Assembly (NCBI RefSeq): GCF_006345805.1
Contig: NW_021824838.1
Span: 1 to 64,000, forward strand
Origin: Octopus sinensis
Lineage: Eukaryota
Direction: 5' to 3'
Length of the DNA stretch: 64,000 nt
Below, piece after piece: positions 11,990 to 25,788 of the stretch. Position 1 is the stretch's first letter; every line of letters begins with the position of its first letter. The notes under the pieces were generated by a model. That model did no database searches, was not told the DNA's origin, and saw only the letters and a program-made list of their open reading frames with translations. The position numbers and the translations under genes were made by a program.

Positions 11990-12300
11990 GTGCTGAACCG
12001 CCCTTTCTCCGCCCTATACTCTCGTATACACATACCAGCTTTTTTCCTGTCGCCGATTCCCATTCAGGCGGCCATCACATCCTGCGTTTGAAGTCAGAGT
12101 TTAGGCTTGAAGTCGACTTGAACATTACTCGGAGCTTACGTCATTTAATGTCGCTTTACCTTACCCTTTCCCTTTCTCTGCATAAATCCCCAACCCCACG
12201 CACACACTTGTTCCTTTGTTTTCTTCCTGTTCACACATATCGGATGATATAACGCGTTTGTTAAGGTCGTTTTACCAGTTCGCATGCAGGGAAAGTGAAG
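11990..12300 (+). promoter_or_regulatory. Candidate LOX-A promoter / non-coding first exon ending at a consensus donor
   Basis: Two CCGCCC boxes, TTACGTCA, CATAAAT, CTTCCTG, then AAG|GTAAGT at 12300/12301. Exon 1 begins only 2 nt before its ATG, so an upstream exon is required. Confidence 0.4.
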
Positions 12301-13553
12301 GTAAGTAATTAAAAATAAAATGTTAGTATTTTACGCTCAAACACACACCAGCCCCACGCATTTAGAATTATTGTTATCTAGGCACTGAGGACTTTGCTTG
12401 CGAGTAAACTACAGTGATGTATGTTGTTGTTGTTTAGCTCAACAACCAGTGAGAGACCTACGATTAATAGTATTCCATCCGTGGCCATCTCGTCTTAGAC
12501 AATTTTTAAAATCTCAAACTATGTCACTCACTTCAAGAGATAGAGAGATAGGGATAGATAAATAGATAGATAGATAGATAGGGAGAGATAATTAGATAGA
12601 TAGATAGGGAGAGATAGATAGATAGGGAGAGAGAGAGGGGGGGGGGCGGTAGAGTGTTTTCTCTCAGAGAACACATTTCGTTGCTGTTTTCTAACGGGTC
12701 ATCGTAATCTACGCAGAAACTGTCTTTTTCTTTGGTTTTATATATTTTAATTGGAACACAGAAAGAGATATTTGGCAAACCATACAGTGCTCTACATTTC
12801 TTTCCTTCCTTCCTTCTTTCTTCCTTTCTTTCTTTCCTTCTCTCTTTCTTTCTTTCTTTCTTTACGTAAGTATGTATGTATGTGCGTGTGTCTGTGTCTA
12901 TGTATATGTTGGGTCTCTCAGTGTGTACACACACATTGAAGCAATTAAAGGCTAAGATAAACATCGGAAGAAAAAGATCTGATAAACAGGTGTGTTTATG
13001 AGTGGAATTTGCTTTTTCTGGTTCTAATACACTTAACGGGAGATTTTTTTCTTTTTTATGAGGTAAGACCAAATTATATTTCCGTTATATCTTGTATCGA
13101 ATTCGCTTCGTTTATTCATTTGGGGCGTAAAACTCAGTGACACCGGCCTAAGTGCTTCACACACACACACACGCACGCGCGCGCGACGGGCTTCTTTCGG
13201 TTTCAGTTTACCAAATCCATTCACAGGTTTGGTCGTCCCGAGGCTATATTAGAAGATATCAAAGATGCCACGCATACATACATACATACATACATACACA
13301 TACATACATACATACATACATATATAGTCATAATATATAGTGTACATTTAAACTCATAAGGAATCCACTAGTGGGATTCAACACGCTAGAAAGAACAGCT
13401 AGGTTCTATAACCACAAACAATTAGGGATAAAATTCGACAGGAACGAAATGAAAAATAAAAACAATTTACCATCGAGTTCCTGGACCAATTGGTTTCTCT
13501 GACTTTAGTTTAGCAAGCAAATAACATTTACTCGCGAGGTGAACATATATATA

Positions 13554-13605
<52 letters not shown>

Positions 13606-13616
13606 TATTATATATT

Positions 13617-14076
13617 CGAAATTGTGAAGATGATCCGGTTCTTGACTGAAGATCGAAGGCTTCGAATGTTCCGTCCGTATTTTTTGTATCGTCTTCTAAA
13701 TGTTTTGCGTTCTTGTCACAGTTTGTATTTTTTTTACATTTACATATATATATATGTAAATGTAAAAAGTGTTTGTGTGTATATATATAATTTTTATTTT
13801 ACTTCAGTTATTGGGCTATGGCCATGCTGGGGCACAACCTCAAAGGTATCTAGCTGAACAAATCAACCCTTGTATTTATATTTATTTTTAAAGTCTGGTA
13901 CATATTCTGTCAGACCCTTAAGCCGAACTGCTAAGTCACGGAGACATGAACAAACCAGCACCGGTTGTCAAGTGGTAGTGAGGGACACACATGCACACAG
14001 AAACTCATATATACATATACATATACACGCGCATACACACACACATACATATATATGTTTATGTATATGTATATGT

Positions 14077-14130
<54 letters not shown>

Positions 14131-14641
14131 ATATAATATATATATAATATATATATATCGAAATTGTGAAGAGATCCGGTTCTTGACTGAAGATCGAAGG
14201 CTTCGAATGTTCCGTCCGTATTTTTTGTATCGTCTTCTAATGTTTTTGCGTTCTTGTCACATTTTGTATGTTTTTTACATTTACATATATATATATGTAA
14301 ATGTAAAAAGTGTTTGTGTGTATATATAATAATTTTTATTTTACTTCAGTTATTGGGCTATGGCCATGCTGGGGCACAACCTCAAAGGTATCTAGCTGAA
14401 CAAATCACCCTTGTATTTATATTTATTTTTAAAGTCTGGTACATATTCTGTCAGACCCTTACGCGAACTGCTAAGTCACGGAGACATGAACAAACCAGCA
14501 CCGGTTGTCATGGTATTGAGGGACACACATGCACACAGAAACTCATATATACATACCATATACACGCGCATACACACACACATACATATATATGTTTATG
14601 TATATGTATATGTATTGTAATAATATATTATATATATATAG

Positions 14642-14675
<34 letters not shown>

Positions 14676-14680
14676 TGCCT
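13617..14680 (+). repeat. ~542-bp direct tandem duplication bounded by (TA)n
   Basis: cgaaattgtgaaga... starts at 13617 and at 14159; the copies differ mainly by small indels. Confidence 0.9.
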
Positions 14681-17600
14681 GACAGGCTTCCATATAGCTT
14701 CCGTCTATCACATTCGCTCGCAAGATATTTGTTGGCCCGGGGCCACAGTAGAAGCTTGCCGGGCTTGAACCTGAAACGATGTGGTTGCAAAGCAAGCACC
14801 TTAACCCCCCAACCTCCCAGCTGTGCCTACGCCTTTAGAAGGTACTAAATTACTCGATGTGATTTGTCATTTTTTCTTAACATAGTTATATGATTTGAGG
14901 GAGATTTTGCTGTTGTTTCTAGCATGTCGTGTGACCACATAAAGACTCTTTCAATTATTGTGTGTGTGTGTGTGTGTGTGTGTTATTAAGAAACATGAAT
15001 GTAACGAACGATATTTTTACAATCTTTCGCCAAGAATTCGAAGAATGTAGATTTTAAAACTTAACGATGTTCTTGAGGAGTTTTGGATAATTTCGTATTA
15101 TTCAATAGGAAAGAATCTGACGTTTCGGGACTGACTCTTCGTCAGCAAGAAAACCATTTATTAACTTGAAAACAAAAAAAAAAGGACTTAATTTAATTTT
15201 TAAAAAAATTGTGCAAAAGGCACTGGCGCGACTGTCCACTCAGTCCACTCAGCTGGCAAAAATCAGTTGTACCTTGTCACGCTGAATCTCCCTTAACGTT
15301 AAGGGTACACGTGTCTGTGGAATACTCAGCCACTTGCACGTTAATTTCACGAGCAGACCGTTCCGTTGATCGGATCAGCTTGAATACTCCTCGTTGTAAC
15401 CGACGGAGGGCCAGTACCATTATTGTGGAGTTCCCCGCTTGTTTCAAATAATGGCTGCTAACCCTCTTGTCTACTGTTGTTGGACATTAATTAATTTCAG
15501 CTGATCTTTAATTAAAATTAATCGAGGGAAGCGTCTTTTAGTTCTTTTTTTTCATTTTATAATGTTAATTTAACCATTCCAGTTTATTTCTAACCTACCC
15601 TGTTATTACTTGTCTAGTGACCACCCGATTAATAGCATCTATTTCCGGATGGTTTCTATTTTCTTAAGTTAGAATATCAGTCATTTTTTTTTATTTGGTT
15701 TGTCATTGGACTGCGGCCATGCTGGGGTACAGCCACTTTTTTTATTGATTATTTTTGTTATATTATTGATATAGTCTCCAAATTCCGCCAAGCTTCATGC
15801 ACACACACACACACACACGCGCACAACTGGAATGTGTGGTCACGCTGGACCACCGCCTTCAAGGGTATTCAATCGATTTTATCTGGTACTTACTTCAACA
15901 ATCTCACTGGGTGCGAAAGAGGGATTACTTGGACAGATATGAATACCGAATGCAACAATTGTCACCCCCACTCACCCCCCACACATACACACACATGGCT
16001 GGCTTCTTTACAGTTTCCGTCTACTAAATTCTACTCACCGATTCTGGTCAATCCAAGGCTTTCGTAGACACTTGCTTAAGTATTTGTAACGACAGAATAA
16101 ATACAGGCCAAGTGAGTGGCAGAAAATGTTGATTTCAAATTTTGGCACAAGGCCAGAAACTTCGGTGGAGGGAGTACTCAATTACATTGACCTCAGTGCG
16201 TAATTGGTACTTAATTTATCGACCCCAAAAGGATAAAAGTCAAAGTCGATCTCGGCCGAATTTGAACTCAGAATGTAAAGACAGACGAAATACCTATTTC
16301 TTTACTACCCACAAGGGGCTAAACGCAAAGAGGACAAACAAGGACAGACAAACGGATTAAGTCGATTAAATCAACCCCAGTGAGTGACTGGTACTTAATT
16401 TATCGACCCCCTAAAGGATGAAAGGCAAAAATCGACCGCGGCGGAATTTGAACTCACAACGTAACGGCAGACGAAATACGGCTACGCATTTCGCCCGGCG
16501 TGCTAACTTTTCTGCCAGCTCGCCGCCTTACTTACGGAAAATATAAAAATATTAACTTCATTTTTACCTTGTGAATCCGTGAATGTTTTATAACCTGAAC
16601 CGTCAGTCACCCAACGGGTCACAGGTAGTCTAGTCCACGAATATAGTTAAACGAAAGTGTGCCTTCTAAAGCCGACCCGCGAGTTGAAAAGGTTAAGAGC
16701 CAACTATTTATCATTCATATTATTAGCTTTGCAAAATATAATTACTGGTGACAGAAGCAGTGCTAATACTAAAAGGTAATATTTATTCCCCACTTAAAAG
16801 AGGAGGTTGTGTTAGAACAGAGAATACTGAGTTGCTTACCCCGAGAGGATTTATCATAAGCATTTAAACCTCGCGACTCCTGGTGAGAGTTTCTCTGAAG
16901 GTAAATAACGCAATATTCTGTGTTCTGGCTCAATCTCCACGTTAGTTTTGTAATTAATTTAGATTAGTTCTGTAATTAATTTAATTAGAAGTGAGATAAT
17001 TCTGCTATGTTAGATAACATAATTACACATTTATCTAACGGCATCATAATTTCTGTAATGTCAGTGGCGATGGAAGGCCGAGTGTAAGAGATAATTTGCG
17101 GCGTGGGAAAATTCTTTCTTATCTTTTTTTTTTATATCCCCTTTAAGTGAGAAGGGAAACCAGAGGCCATGACACTTTTCGGGGTCCCCGAGCATGGTGG
17201 GAAAGAAGGAGGACGGTAGTTATCCTCAAACCGGGGAACTGCTCCGAATGTGTGCAACAAAGTGGACTCCTCTAAACGTACCCAATGTGACCAGGTGGCG
17301 GGGTTAAACCAGATTAAATCTACCATCCAAGCAGACCAAGTCAGCATCTGAAATCAGAACGCAAAGAGCTGGATAAACACGGCAAGGATTTGAACCCAGA
17401 GCGTAGGGCGCGGGAACAGATACAGCATAATATTCTATTCAATATTCTAATCTGAACCCAGAACCTAAAGTCAGACGAAATGCTGCTAAGCATTTTGCCC
17501 GGCATGCTAACAATTCTGCCAGCTCACCGCCGAATTTGGAATAAATATTAACACGAAATTTTGATGGACGACCTTGATTTAAATAGTTTTAAAAACCGGG

Positions 17601-17766
17601 AAAATTGTATTTCCCAGCATCCAAATCGTCGTAGTTTATAGTGTAAACGTGCAGAGTAAAAAAAACATTCAAACATCGTCGCTATCTTTCCAAGTTCTTT
17701 TGCATTTGACATGGATTTGTTGGTCCTCCAAAGTCGCCGTAGTATATAAGTCGCTCTTCTCTTTTA

Positions 17767-18060
17767 AGCTGTATATTTTGGTCTGACAAATTCAACCTAT
17801 GTACCAGAAAATACGGTGTTTCCTAGAACTAGAGATAGTTTTAGGTGGGGCCCTACCTTTTTTAGCTGTATATTTTGGCCTGACAAATTCAACGTGTGTA
17901 CCAGAAAATACGGTGTTTCCTAGAACTAGAGATAGTTTTAGGTGGGGCCTACCTTTTTTAGCTGTATATTTTGGCCTGAGAAATTCAACATATGTACCAG
18001 AATTTTACGGTATGTTTCCTAGAACTAGAGATAGTTTTAGCTGTATATTTTGGTCTGAAC
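17767..18060 (+). repeat. ~96-bp minisatellite, 3 copies plus a partial copy
   Basis: agctgtatattttgg recurs at 17767, 17864, 17960, 18039. Confidence 0.9.
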
Positions 18061-18537
18061 TAGAGAAGCCTCAGGTGGGATGGTATCAAAAGCAGTAAGA
18101 GATTTTTGTATTCTGTCTTCTTCACAAAACTTTGACCTATATACTTCCATAATAATATCGTTGATAATAAACTCAGATTGTTTAAGCACGTGCTTTACAA
18201 CAATTTCTTTGTTAGTTTTTAACTCGTCAGATCCTAGAAACAAATACTTGACTTCCAGTATTCGGTAGAAGCGGGGGGGGGTGCTTCTTTACTGAGTCAC
18301 CCCATCTTCTTATGTGTTTCCTTACTGTTTGTCTTAGTTTTGACAGTCATAAATTAAAACTTGACAACAGTTTTGAAGTTGGCCAACTTAAATAGTAATC
18401 TTCTTGTATTTTTAAAGAATGCGTATTGTACTTTCGTACATATATAATTAATTATGTGTATATAAATGTTTTGTATGTATGTGTGTGCAATGTGTGTGCG
18501 TGCGTATGCATTGTGGTATATATATACACACATTACG

Positions 18538-18586
<49 letters not shown>

Positions 18587-18747
18587 CTTTTATTCTTTTA
18601 TTTGTTTCAGTCATTTGATGCGGCCATGCTAGAACACCGCCTTTACTAAAAGTCCTGGGGTTGATTTCTTCGACTAAAACCCCTTTAAGGCAGTGCCTCA
18701 GCATGGCCGCATTCAAATGACTGAAACAAGTAAAAGAATAACACCAT

Positions 18748-18950
18748 GATAGATCGTTAGCTCCTACACGCATTTTTTTTCTCTCCGTGTTTCTCTCCTT
18801 GTTTCTTTTCTGTGTATCTTTCTGTCGAAGAGCGTAGGCTCGAAACGTAAAAGACTTGTTCTATTTCTATTCCTGAGCGCCATACTAATACATTTGTTTG
18901 TTTGTACTCCACCTGCCTTCGTCTTTTGTTTATTTTCGTAAACCTTCCCG
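18748..18950 (+). mobile_element. Short repeat (probable Penelope-like 3' end) with a variant hammerhead-like core; copies at 37245-37410 (+) and 58775-58960 (-)
   Basis: Shared core ctg(t)(c/a)gaagagcgtaggctcgaaacgtaaaaga; each copy abuts (TA)n. Confidence 0.65.
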
Positions 18951-19021
18951 TTATATATGTATGTTTGTATATGTATATATGTATGTATATGTATATATAT
19001 ATGTATATGTATGTATGTGTG

Positions 19022-19057
<36 letters not shown>

Positions 19058-20402
19058 TATAAATATATATATATATATTTATAAATATACATGTATATAT
19101 ATATATGTTTATTTTTCTTATGACTTTTTTGAGGTTATCAAATCATGATCGAATGACCAGTGTTGGCCCAACCCACCATGTTTCCAAATATATTACATTC
19201 TGTATATTTACACGAACTGAACTGTCTGCAATTGACCCTGATTAATTGACTTGATGCAGACTCAGATAATAGCAGGCTAAGAGGCGTGCAGCTTTTGACA
19301 TCTCACTGCATGAGACCGCTCTTGTTACTATGGTTCTGTGATACAAACTTCCTTTTTTAAAGTGATCTAAAATTAAATCTGTCCATTACAATCTCATGTT
19401 CATTTACGTTCCAAACATCAGCATGATAACATCAAACTCTATTCTTACTGTATTCTTCATTATTTTCGAAATTAATTGCACCCTCGCCCCACACCACAAC
19501 CCCCACCCCCGCAGAATTATGTTAACGAATGAGTTACGTGAACGAAGCACTTAAAATACTTTGGTAAACGGACAGTCATTAGCACCTACTTAACACTTTT
19601 AATTAATGGATTCTAGTTGTACCACATGACTACCATTGAAAATATTATCACCGTTATCAGATCTTGTTAAGGTTTTAACTAGATGGTTCCAGGTTCGGTC
19701 CCATTGCGTGGCACCTTGGTCTGGAGTCTTCTACTATAGCCTCGAGCCGACCAAAAGCATTGTGAGTGAATTTGGTAGACGGAAACTGAAAGAAGCCCAA
19801 CGCATGTATACATACATACATACATACATACATACATACATACATACATACATACATACATACATACATGTATATATATATATATAAAGGCGGCGAGCTA
19901 GCAGAAACGTTAGCACGCCGGGCGAAATGCGTAGCCGTATTTCGTCTGCCGTTACGTTCTGAGTTCAAATTCCGCCGAGGTCGACTTTGCCTTTCATCCT
20001 TTCGGGGTCGATAAATTAAGTACCAGTTACGAACTGGGGTCGATGTAATCGACTTAATCCGTTTGTCTGTCCTTGTTTATCCCCTCTGTGTTTAGCCTCT
20101 TGTGGGTAGTAAAGAAATATATATATATATACATATATGTGTGTGTGTGTGTGTGTATGACGGTGTTTGACCCCGCCACAGTTTGTCTATCAAACTCACT
20201 CAAAAGACATTGGTGAACTTGGGATTATAAGAGAAGTCATCTGCCTAAGATGCCCCCTAGTGAGCCTGAACCTGAAACCACGTGGTTGTGAAGCATGTTT
20301 TTAAATCATGCAACCATGCCCACCACTATACATGGATTTTCGTTCTGTTATTTGAGACATAAAACTAATTCACTGCTCCTCTTTTTCTCTTTCTTTGCAG
20401 AG

Positions 20403-20888
20403 ATGGGACTACAACAGTCGAGATTAAATAATGCGCTCCAAATACGAACTGGAGACCAGAGGGAATCTTCGACCGATTCCAATGTTTATGTTATCCTACA
20501 TGACACTTCGGAAACAAAAAGCGAGATGATTCTTCTTGACAACTGGTGCAGAAATGATTTTAAAATCGGGGCCCTCGACACGTTTAATATTAAACTTCCG
20601 GATTCGTTCACAGAAGTGAGTAAAATCGAAATCTGGACGGAGCCTTGTTCAATCGAATTAACATCTTCGAACTGGTATATAGACACGATTAAATTTGTGC
20701 GCCGTTTTAAAGGAGAAAGTGTAATGTTTCCAGTTTTCCGATGGATTAAACCAAAGCACCATTATTATATTTACCCGTGGGATACATTTTTGCCTCAGAA
20801 CGATCCAGATGAAAAGCAACGGGAAGGCGAAATTGACTACAAACGGGAGATTTACCAGATCAAATACGCAGAAGGTGCTCCTATTTTG
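20403..20888 (+). CDS. ALOX-like: LOX-A coding exon 1: PLAT/LH2 domain (MGLQQS...TGDQ...NDFK...FPVFRW...APIL)
   Basis: Polypyrimidine tract and cag acceptor ending at 20400, ATG at 20403, donor TTG|gtaagt at 20889. PLAT motifs TGD, NDF, WYID, FPVFRW. Confidence 0.93.
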
Positions 20889-22504
20889 GTAAGTATATTT
20901 CTAAGAAAGTTTATAAGCATAATTTGTAAGAAAACGTTCGGTTATTTCGGTTTTGGCTATGTTCCTTGTTTGGATTGGATTGGAAGCACACCGTCGGTTA
21001 CGACGACGAGGGTTCCGGTTGATCAGAATCAACGGAACAGCCTGCTCGTGAAATTAACGTGTAAGTGGCTGAGCACTTCACAGACACGCGTCCCCTTAAC
21101 GTAGTTCTCGGGGATATTCAGCGTGACACAGAGAGGGACAAGGCCGGCCCTTTGAAATACAGGTACAACAGAAACAGGAAGTAAGAGTGAGAGAAAGTTG
21201 TGGTGAAAGAGTACAGCAGGGATCACCACCATCCCCTGCCGGAGCCTCGTGGAGCTTTAGGTGTTTTCGCTCAATAAACACTCACAACGCCCGGTCTGGG
21301 AATCGAAACCGCGATCCTACGACCGCGATCCTACGACCGCGAGTCCGCTGCCCTAACCACTGGGCCATTGCGCCTCCACTATGTTCCTTGTAGTAAGCCG
21401 ATGAAACGCGTTCAAAATTTCTCGTATTCTCGTATATTCCATTTTCCGTTTCTATCATTTGTTTTATATTTATGATGCTGTTTAACTGCAAGTCAGTCCT
21501 GATTGAGTAAATCTATAAACCAATGCATCCTATTCCAGCTTTGATAATCTCGTTTGCTTTAAGGGCATGGTGATCCCAGATCTACATTATTGTAGATCCC
21601 TTTGAATCCTATTTCACTCGGGTCGACCCTCATAGCCATTCAACCTTTAAAAAAGTCTATTATATTTTTATGATTAAATATTATTAGAAATCTTAAGAAA
21701 AATGTTAAAAAAGTTCGTGTTTTGCAGAAGCAGAACCAATTTTTTGCGTATAATTTTTAACAATGTAATCTTATATGGGGCCCACAAGGGCTATAAAGAC
21801 CCTGGTAGTGAATCACGGCTCTAGATATTTTTTATAATAGCAGACCGTGATCTGAGGGGCGATTTGGTTGCTATTTCTTACTGTTTGTGCATCCGCATCG
21901 AGACTCCTTTGGAAAGTACACCGAATTAAATGCCTTCTAGTAAGGTGTAATGAAATAACAATGTGTTGAACCCTCGTTTTTCTTTATTTCCTTGCTTTCC
22001 ACCACGGCTGTCATAAAAATGATTTTAAGCTCATCCGATTCTAGCAGCAAAAGAAAACGATAGAATAAATAATAGGTTTACAAAAAATAATTCCTGGGGT
22101 CGAATAGTTCGACTAAAGGCGGTGCTCCAGCATGGCCGCACTCATTTGACTGAAACAAATTTAAAAGTAAAAGAGTAATGATCCATATAAGCTATAATCT
22201 TATATATATATATATATATTTTTTTTTCCTGTACAGTGTGAGTCTCTGCCGATCGACGAAGAATTCTCTGCAAAATACATGGTAAGTATTGGAAATATGT
22301 TTCTATACTGGTTAGCCATGACAATGTTCCTTTTTCTAATTTTGATAAAATACCAAGTATTTTGACGGGAGGGGGTAAGTTGATTACATCGGCCTCAGTA
22401 CTTGACTGGTACTGTATATCATCGATCCCGAAAGGATGAAAGGTAAAGTCAACCTCCGCATACATACATACATACATACATACATACATGCATACATACA
22501 TACA

Positions 22505-22540
<36 letters not shown>

Positions 22541-22622
22541 CATACATACATAAATACATACATACATACATACATACATACATACATACATACATACATA
22601 AATACGTACATACATAAATACA

Positions 22623-22654
<32 letters not shown>

Positions 22655-22664
22655 CATACATACA

Positions 22665-22700
<36 letters not shown>

Positions 22701-22782
22701 CATACATACATAAATACATACATACATATATACATACATACATATATGCATGCATGCATACATACATACATACATAAATACA

Positions 22783-22818
<36 letters not shown>

Positions 22819-22932
22819 CATACATACATAAATACATACATACATACATATATACATACATACATATATGCATGCATGCATACATACATACATAAATACA
22901 AACATACATACATACATACATACATACATACA

Positions 22933-22968
<36 letters not shown>

Positions 22969-24588
22969 CATACATACATAAATACATACATACATACATA
23001 CATATATGCATGCATGCATACATACATACATACATACATACATAAATACATACATACATACATACATACATACATACATACATGCATACATACATACATA
23101 CATACATACATACATACATACATACATGCATACATATACACGCACACATTAAAAAGTGATAGGCAAGGATGAAAGCTAAAAAAAAAGAAGAAAAGCAAAC
23201 AAACTCTTGATCATACAAAGTCACAAGTGCCCACCAAAAATACGTGAGGTCCGAAGAACTCGCTGCACTCATCAATGTCTAGAATTAGTCGGACCAATAT
23301 TATCAAATTCCTAGAATGCTAAAGCTCGGCAGAACCAGAAAAAAACATAGACTCGTCATTTCCCGAGACAAACTCTCAGATAAAAACGGAAAAGCTAAAC
23401 ATTGACTTACATAAAAGCACTCTTGGCCCTCTCCAAATTACAATATGCATTTAAGCCACTTCAGTCAACCATCAGCTTTATAGTGAGAACATATGATGGT
23501 TGATGGTTTCAACAACGCCAAAACCTTCCCACGTGTAATAATTCTAACTACGATCGGCATCAAAGCTTTTAGTTTCCTTTTCTGTTACCCGCTTTAACAA
23601 AACTACCCGATATAACACTAAACAATAACACCAAGCTGGGTAGCATACGATCTGGCAGGCTTATTACACAGTGTTCAAGAACGTCTTTCGCAGAATTTGT
23701 AAATTCTCCGAATGGTGTAGCACAATAATCTCTTTTCTCGGCTTATCTTTTAATCTGTACCTGCATGACCCTCCTCGCCTCTCAATATGTACAACCTCAC
23801 ACAAATGGTTTCATACATCCTTCCTCCTTCCTTTACTATGTATGCGTGTGCTGTGTACGCAATGGGATTGTTGTGACTCCTAATATTTACCTTCAGTGTG
23901 GGAAGTCTACTTGAGCTGTTGAGTACGATGGTTGATGTAGCCCGGCGTTGCTTGTACGACAGAAGAGGCTGGTATATAAGTTCTCCAAACTTATATCAAT
24001 CACTCAGAAATCTGTCGCTGATCGTTCACTAACACTTAACTAATCCTCTTAGTTAACTTTAGATAAGATTTGGCGACAATAGGAATATCCGGTTATAAGT
24101 ATCTTATCTCAAATAGTCGCCGCTTAATCTATGCTAGCCTGGGAAAACCAGACGTTAAACGAATGAACAAAATCCCTCTCTCTCTCTTCTTACAAACAAA
24201 ATCAGAGAACATTAAATCTCACCAACCCTCCAGCCAACCAGCCAACCGTTTCACTCAACAACGCGAATATGAACCATACAAAGAAGACATCTTATCCGCC
24301 TGTTGTTATTTATTTATTTATTATTCACCTCTCTCGGAACCTGCTCCTTGCGTAGATCCGAAGCATATTATGGACCGTACATTTAGCACAATGCACGTTT
24401 CTTGACTAGGCTCAGGGCTATTCATATACCCGACCAGGTACAGCTAATCGTTTACATAACCTGAACATCTTTCTGCCTCTACTTCGGTAGCTGCACATTT
24501 ATTCCTCCATTTTTGATGTGTACACGTTTTACTTTTCAATCCGACCCGGTGCCTTACCATTTAAGGGCCCAATTCACTTGAATCCTGA

Positions 24589-24636
<48 letters not shown>

Positions 24637-24647
24637 TATATATATAT

Positions 24648-24699
<52 letters not shown>

Positions 24700-25638
24700 G
24701 TGTGTATCATAATATATTTATTATAAATTATGTGTCATTCTCTGATATAGAACTCAATACGAGTTTTTAGAACAGAATAGATAGATATGTTTATTATATC
24801 AAAAGCCAACCATCTACTCGGAGTTCAGATCCAAGTTGGGCTGCAAAAGCCAGTCGTAAGTAGCCCGCCCTGGGGCGAAACTCAGAGCAAGCTATCAACC
24901 CTTGGTTTAAAAAAACAATAGGATTGTCATAAAACATTAAATTCTTCAATGTAAAAACACGCTAATTAGAGAGAAAAACAATTAAGTGTCGAATAATTAC
25001 TAGATTGAAAATATTCTGTTGTGCGGTATATCTCATATAATGGAGTCAATCCCAGTGAAATTGGTTAATTACAGAAAAAAAAAGAGGAAAATAGCATGTT
25101 ATACATATTTCTCAAGCCCCTAAAATTCTTGTGTGTGTGTGTGTGTGTGTGTGTGAATCAGATCCTTATGTTTAATAAATATATTTAGCTTCGGTTTGAA
25201 ATTAAGCCCTCATGGTTAAGGCACGGTGGATTCTAGCGGTTTTGGAATTAGAAGATAATGACGATTGCCGTCATCATAAGGGATCTGTAGCTTTCTGCCG
25301 GAAGAAAGTAGCATAAAACTATTTAGTGAACATGTAAACAAATATGTTTCCCAAGCACAAACTCGTTTACTTAAATAGTTCGAGGTGAACCGGTCCCAGT
25401 GTTAATGACTCTAGCATCAAATAAAGTGGGAGTGATGAATGAAGGATGTATACACGACCATATCTACACATGGGGAATGGAAATGGTTTTTAACAGGAAA
25501 TTAAAATTGCGATTCTGGCATGATGATTTCCTTAGAATTTCTTGTTTTACTCGAAAAAACTCCACAGAAAGTTCCGGAGTTAATGTAATCGACGTAAATT
25601 CTCCCATCGAAACTGCAGGCTTTCTGCCAAAACGTGAA

Positions 25639-25695
<57 letters not shown>

Positions 25696-25741
25696 GCTAC
25701 TGCTGCTGCTACCACCACCACCACTACTACTACTACTACTA

Positions 25742-25788
<47 letters not shown>

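Noticed and set aside
1-20400. Upstream catalase-like allene oxide synthase domain (AOS-LOX fusion as in corals)
   Set aside because: No catalase-like exon was found by eye and the 673-aa LOX is complete by itself; tBLASTn with coral AOS would settle it.
20295-21104. 269-aa ORF as a single-exon gene
   Set aside because: Only 20403-20888 is PLAT-like; the flanks are the intron acceptor tract and the post-donor intron/SINE.
22142-23275. 377-aa and other long ORFs (also 55779-56877, 38176-38966, 42201-42780, 4444-4925)
   Set aside because: Translations of (TATG)n, (TG)n and (GA)n microsatellites; no stop codons by composition only.
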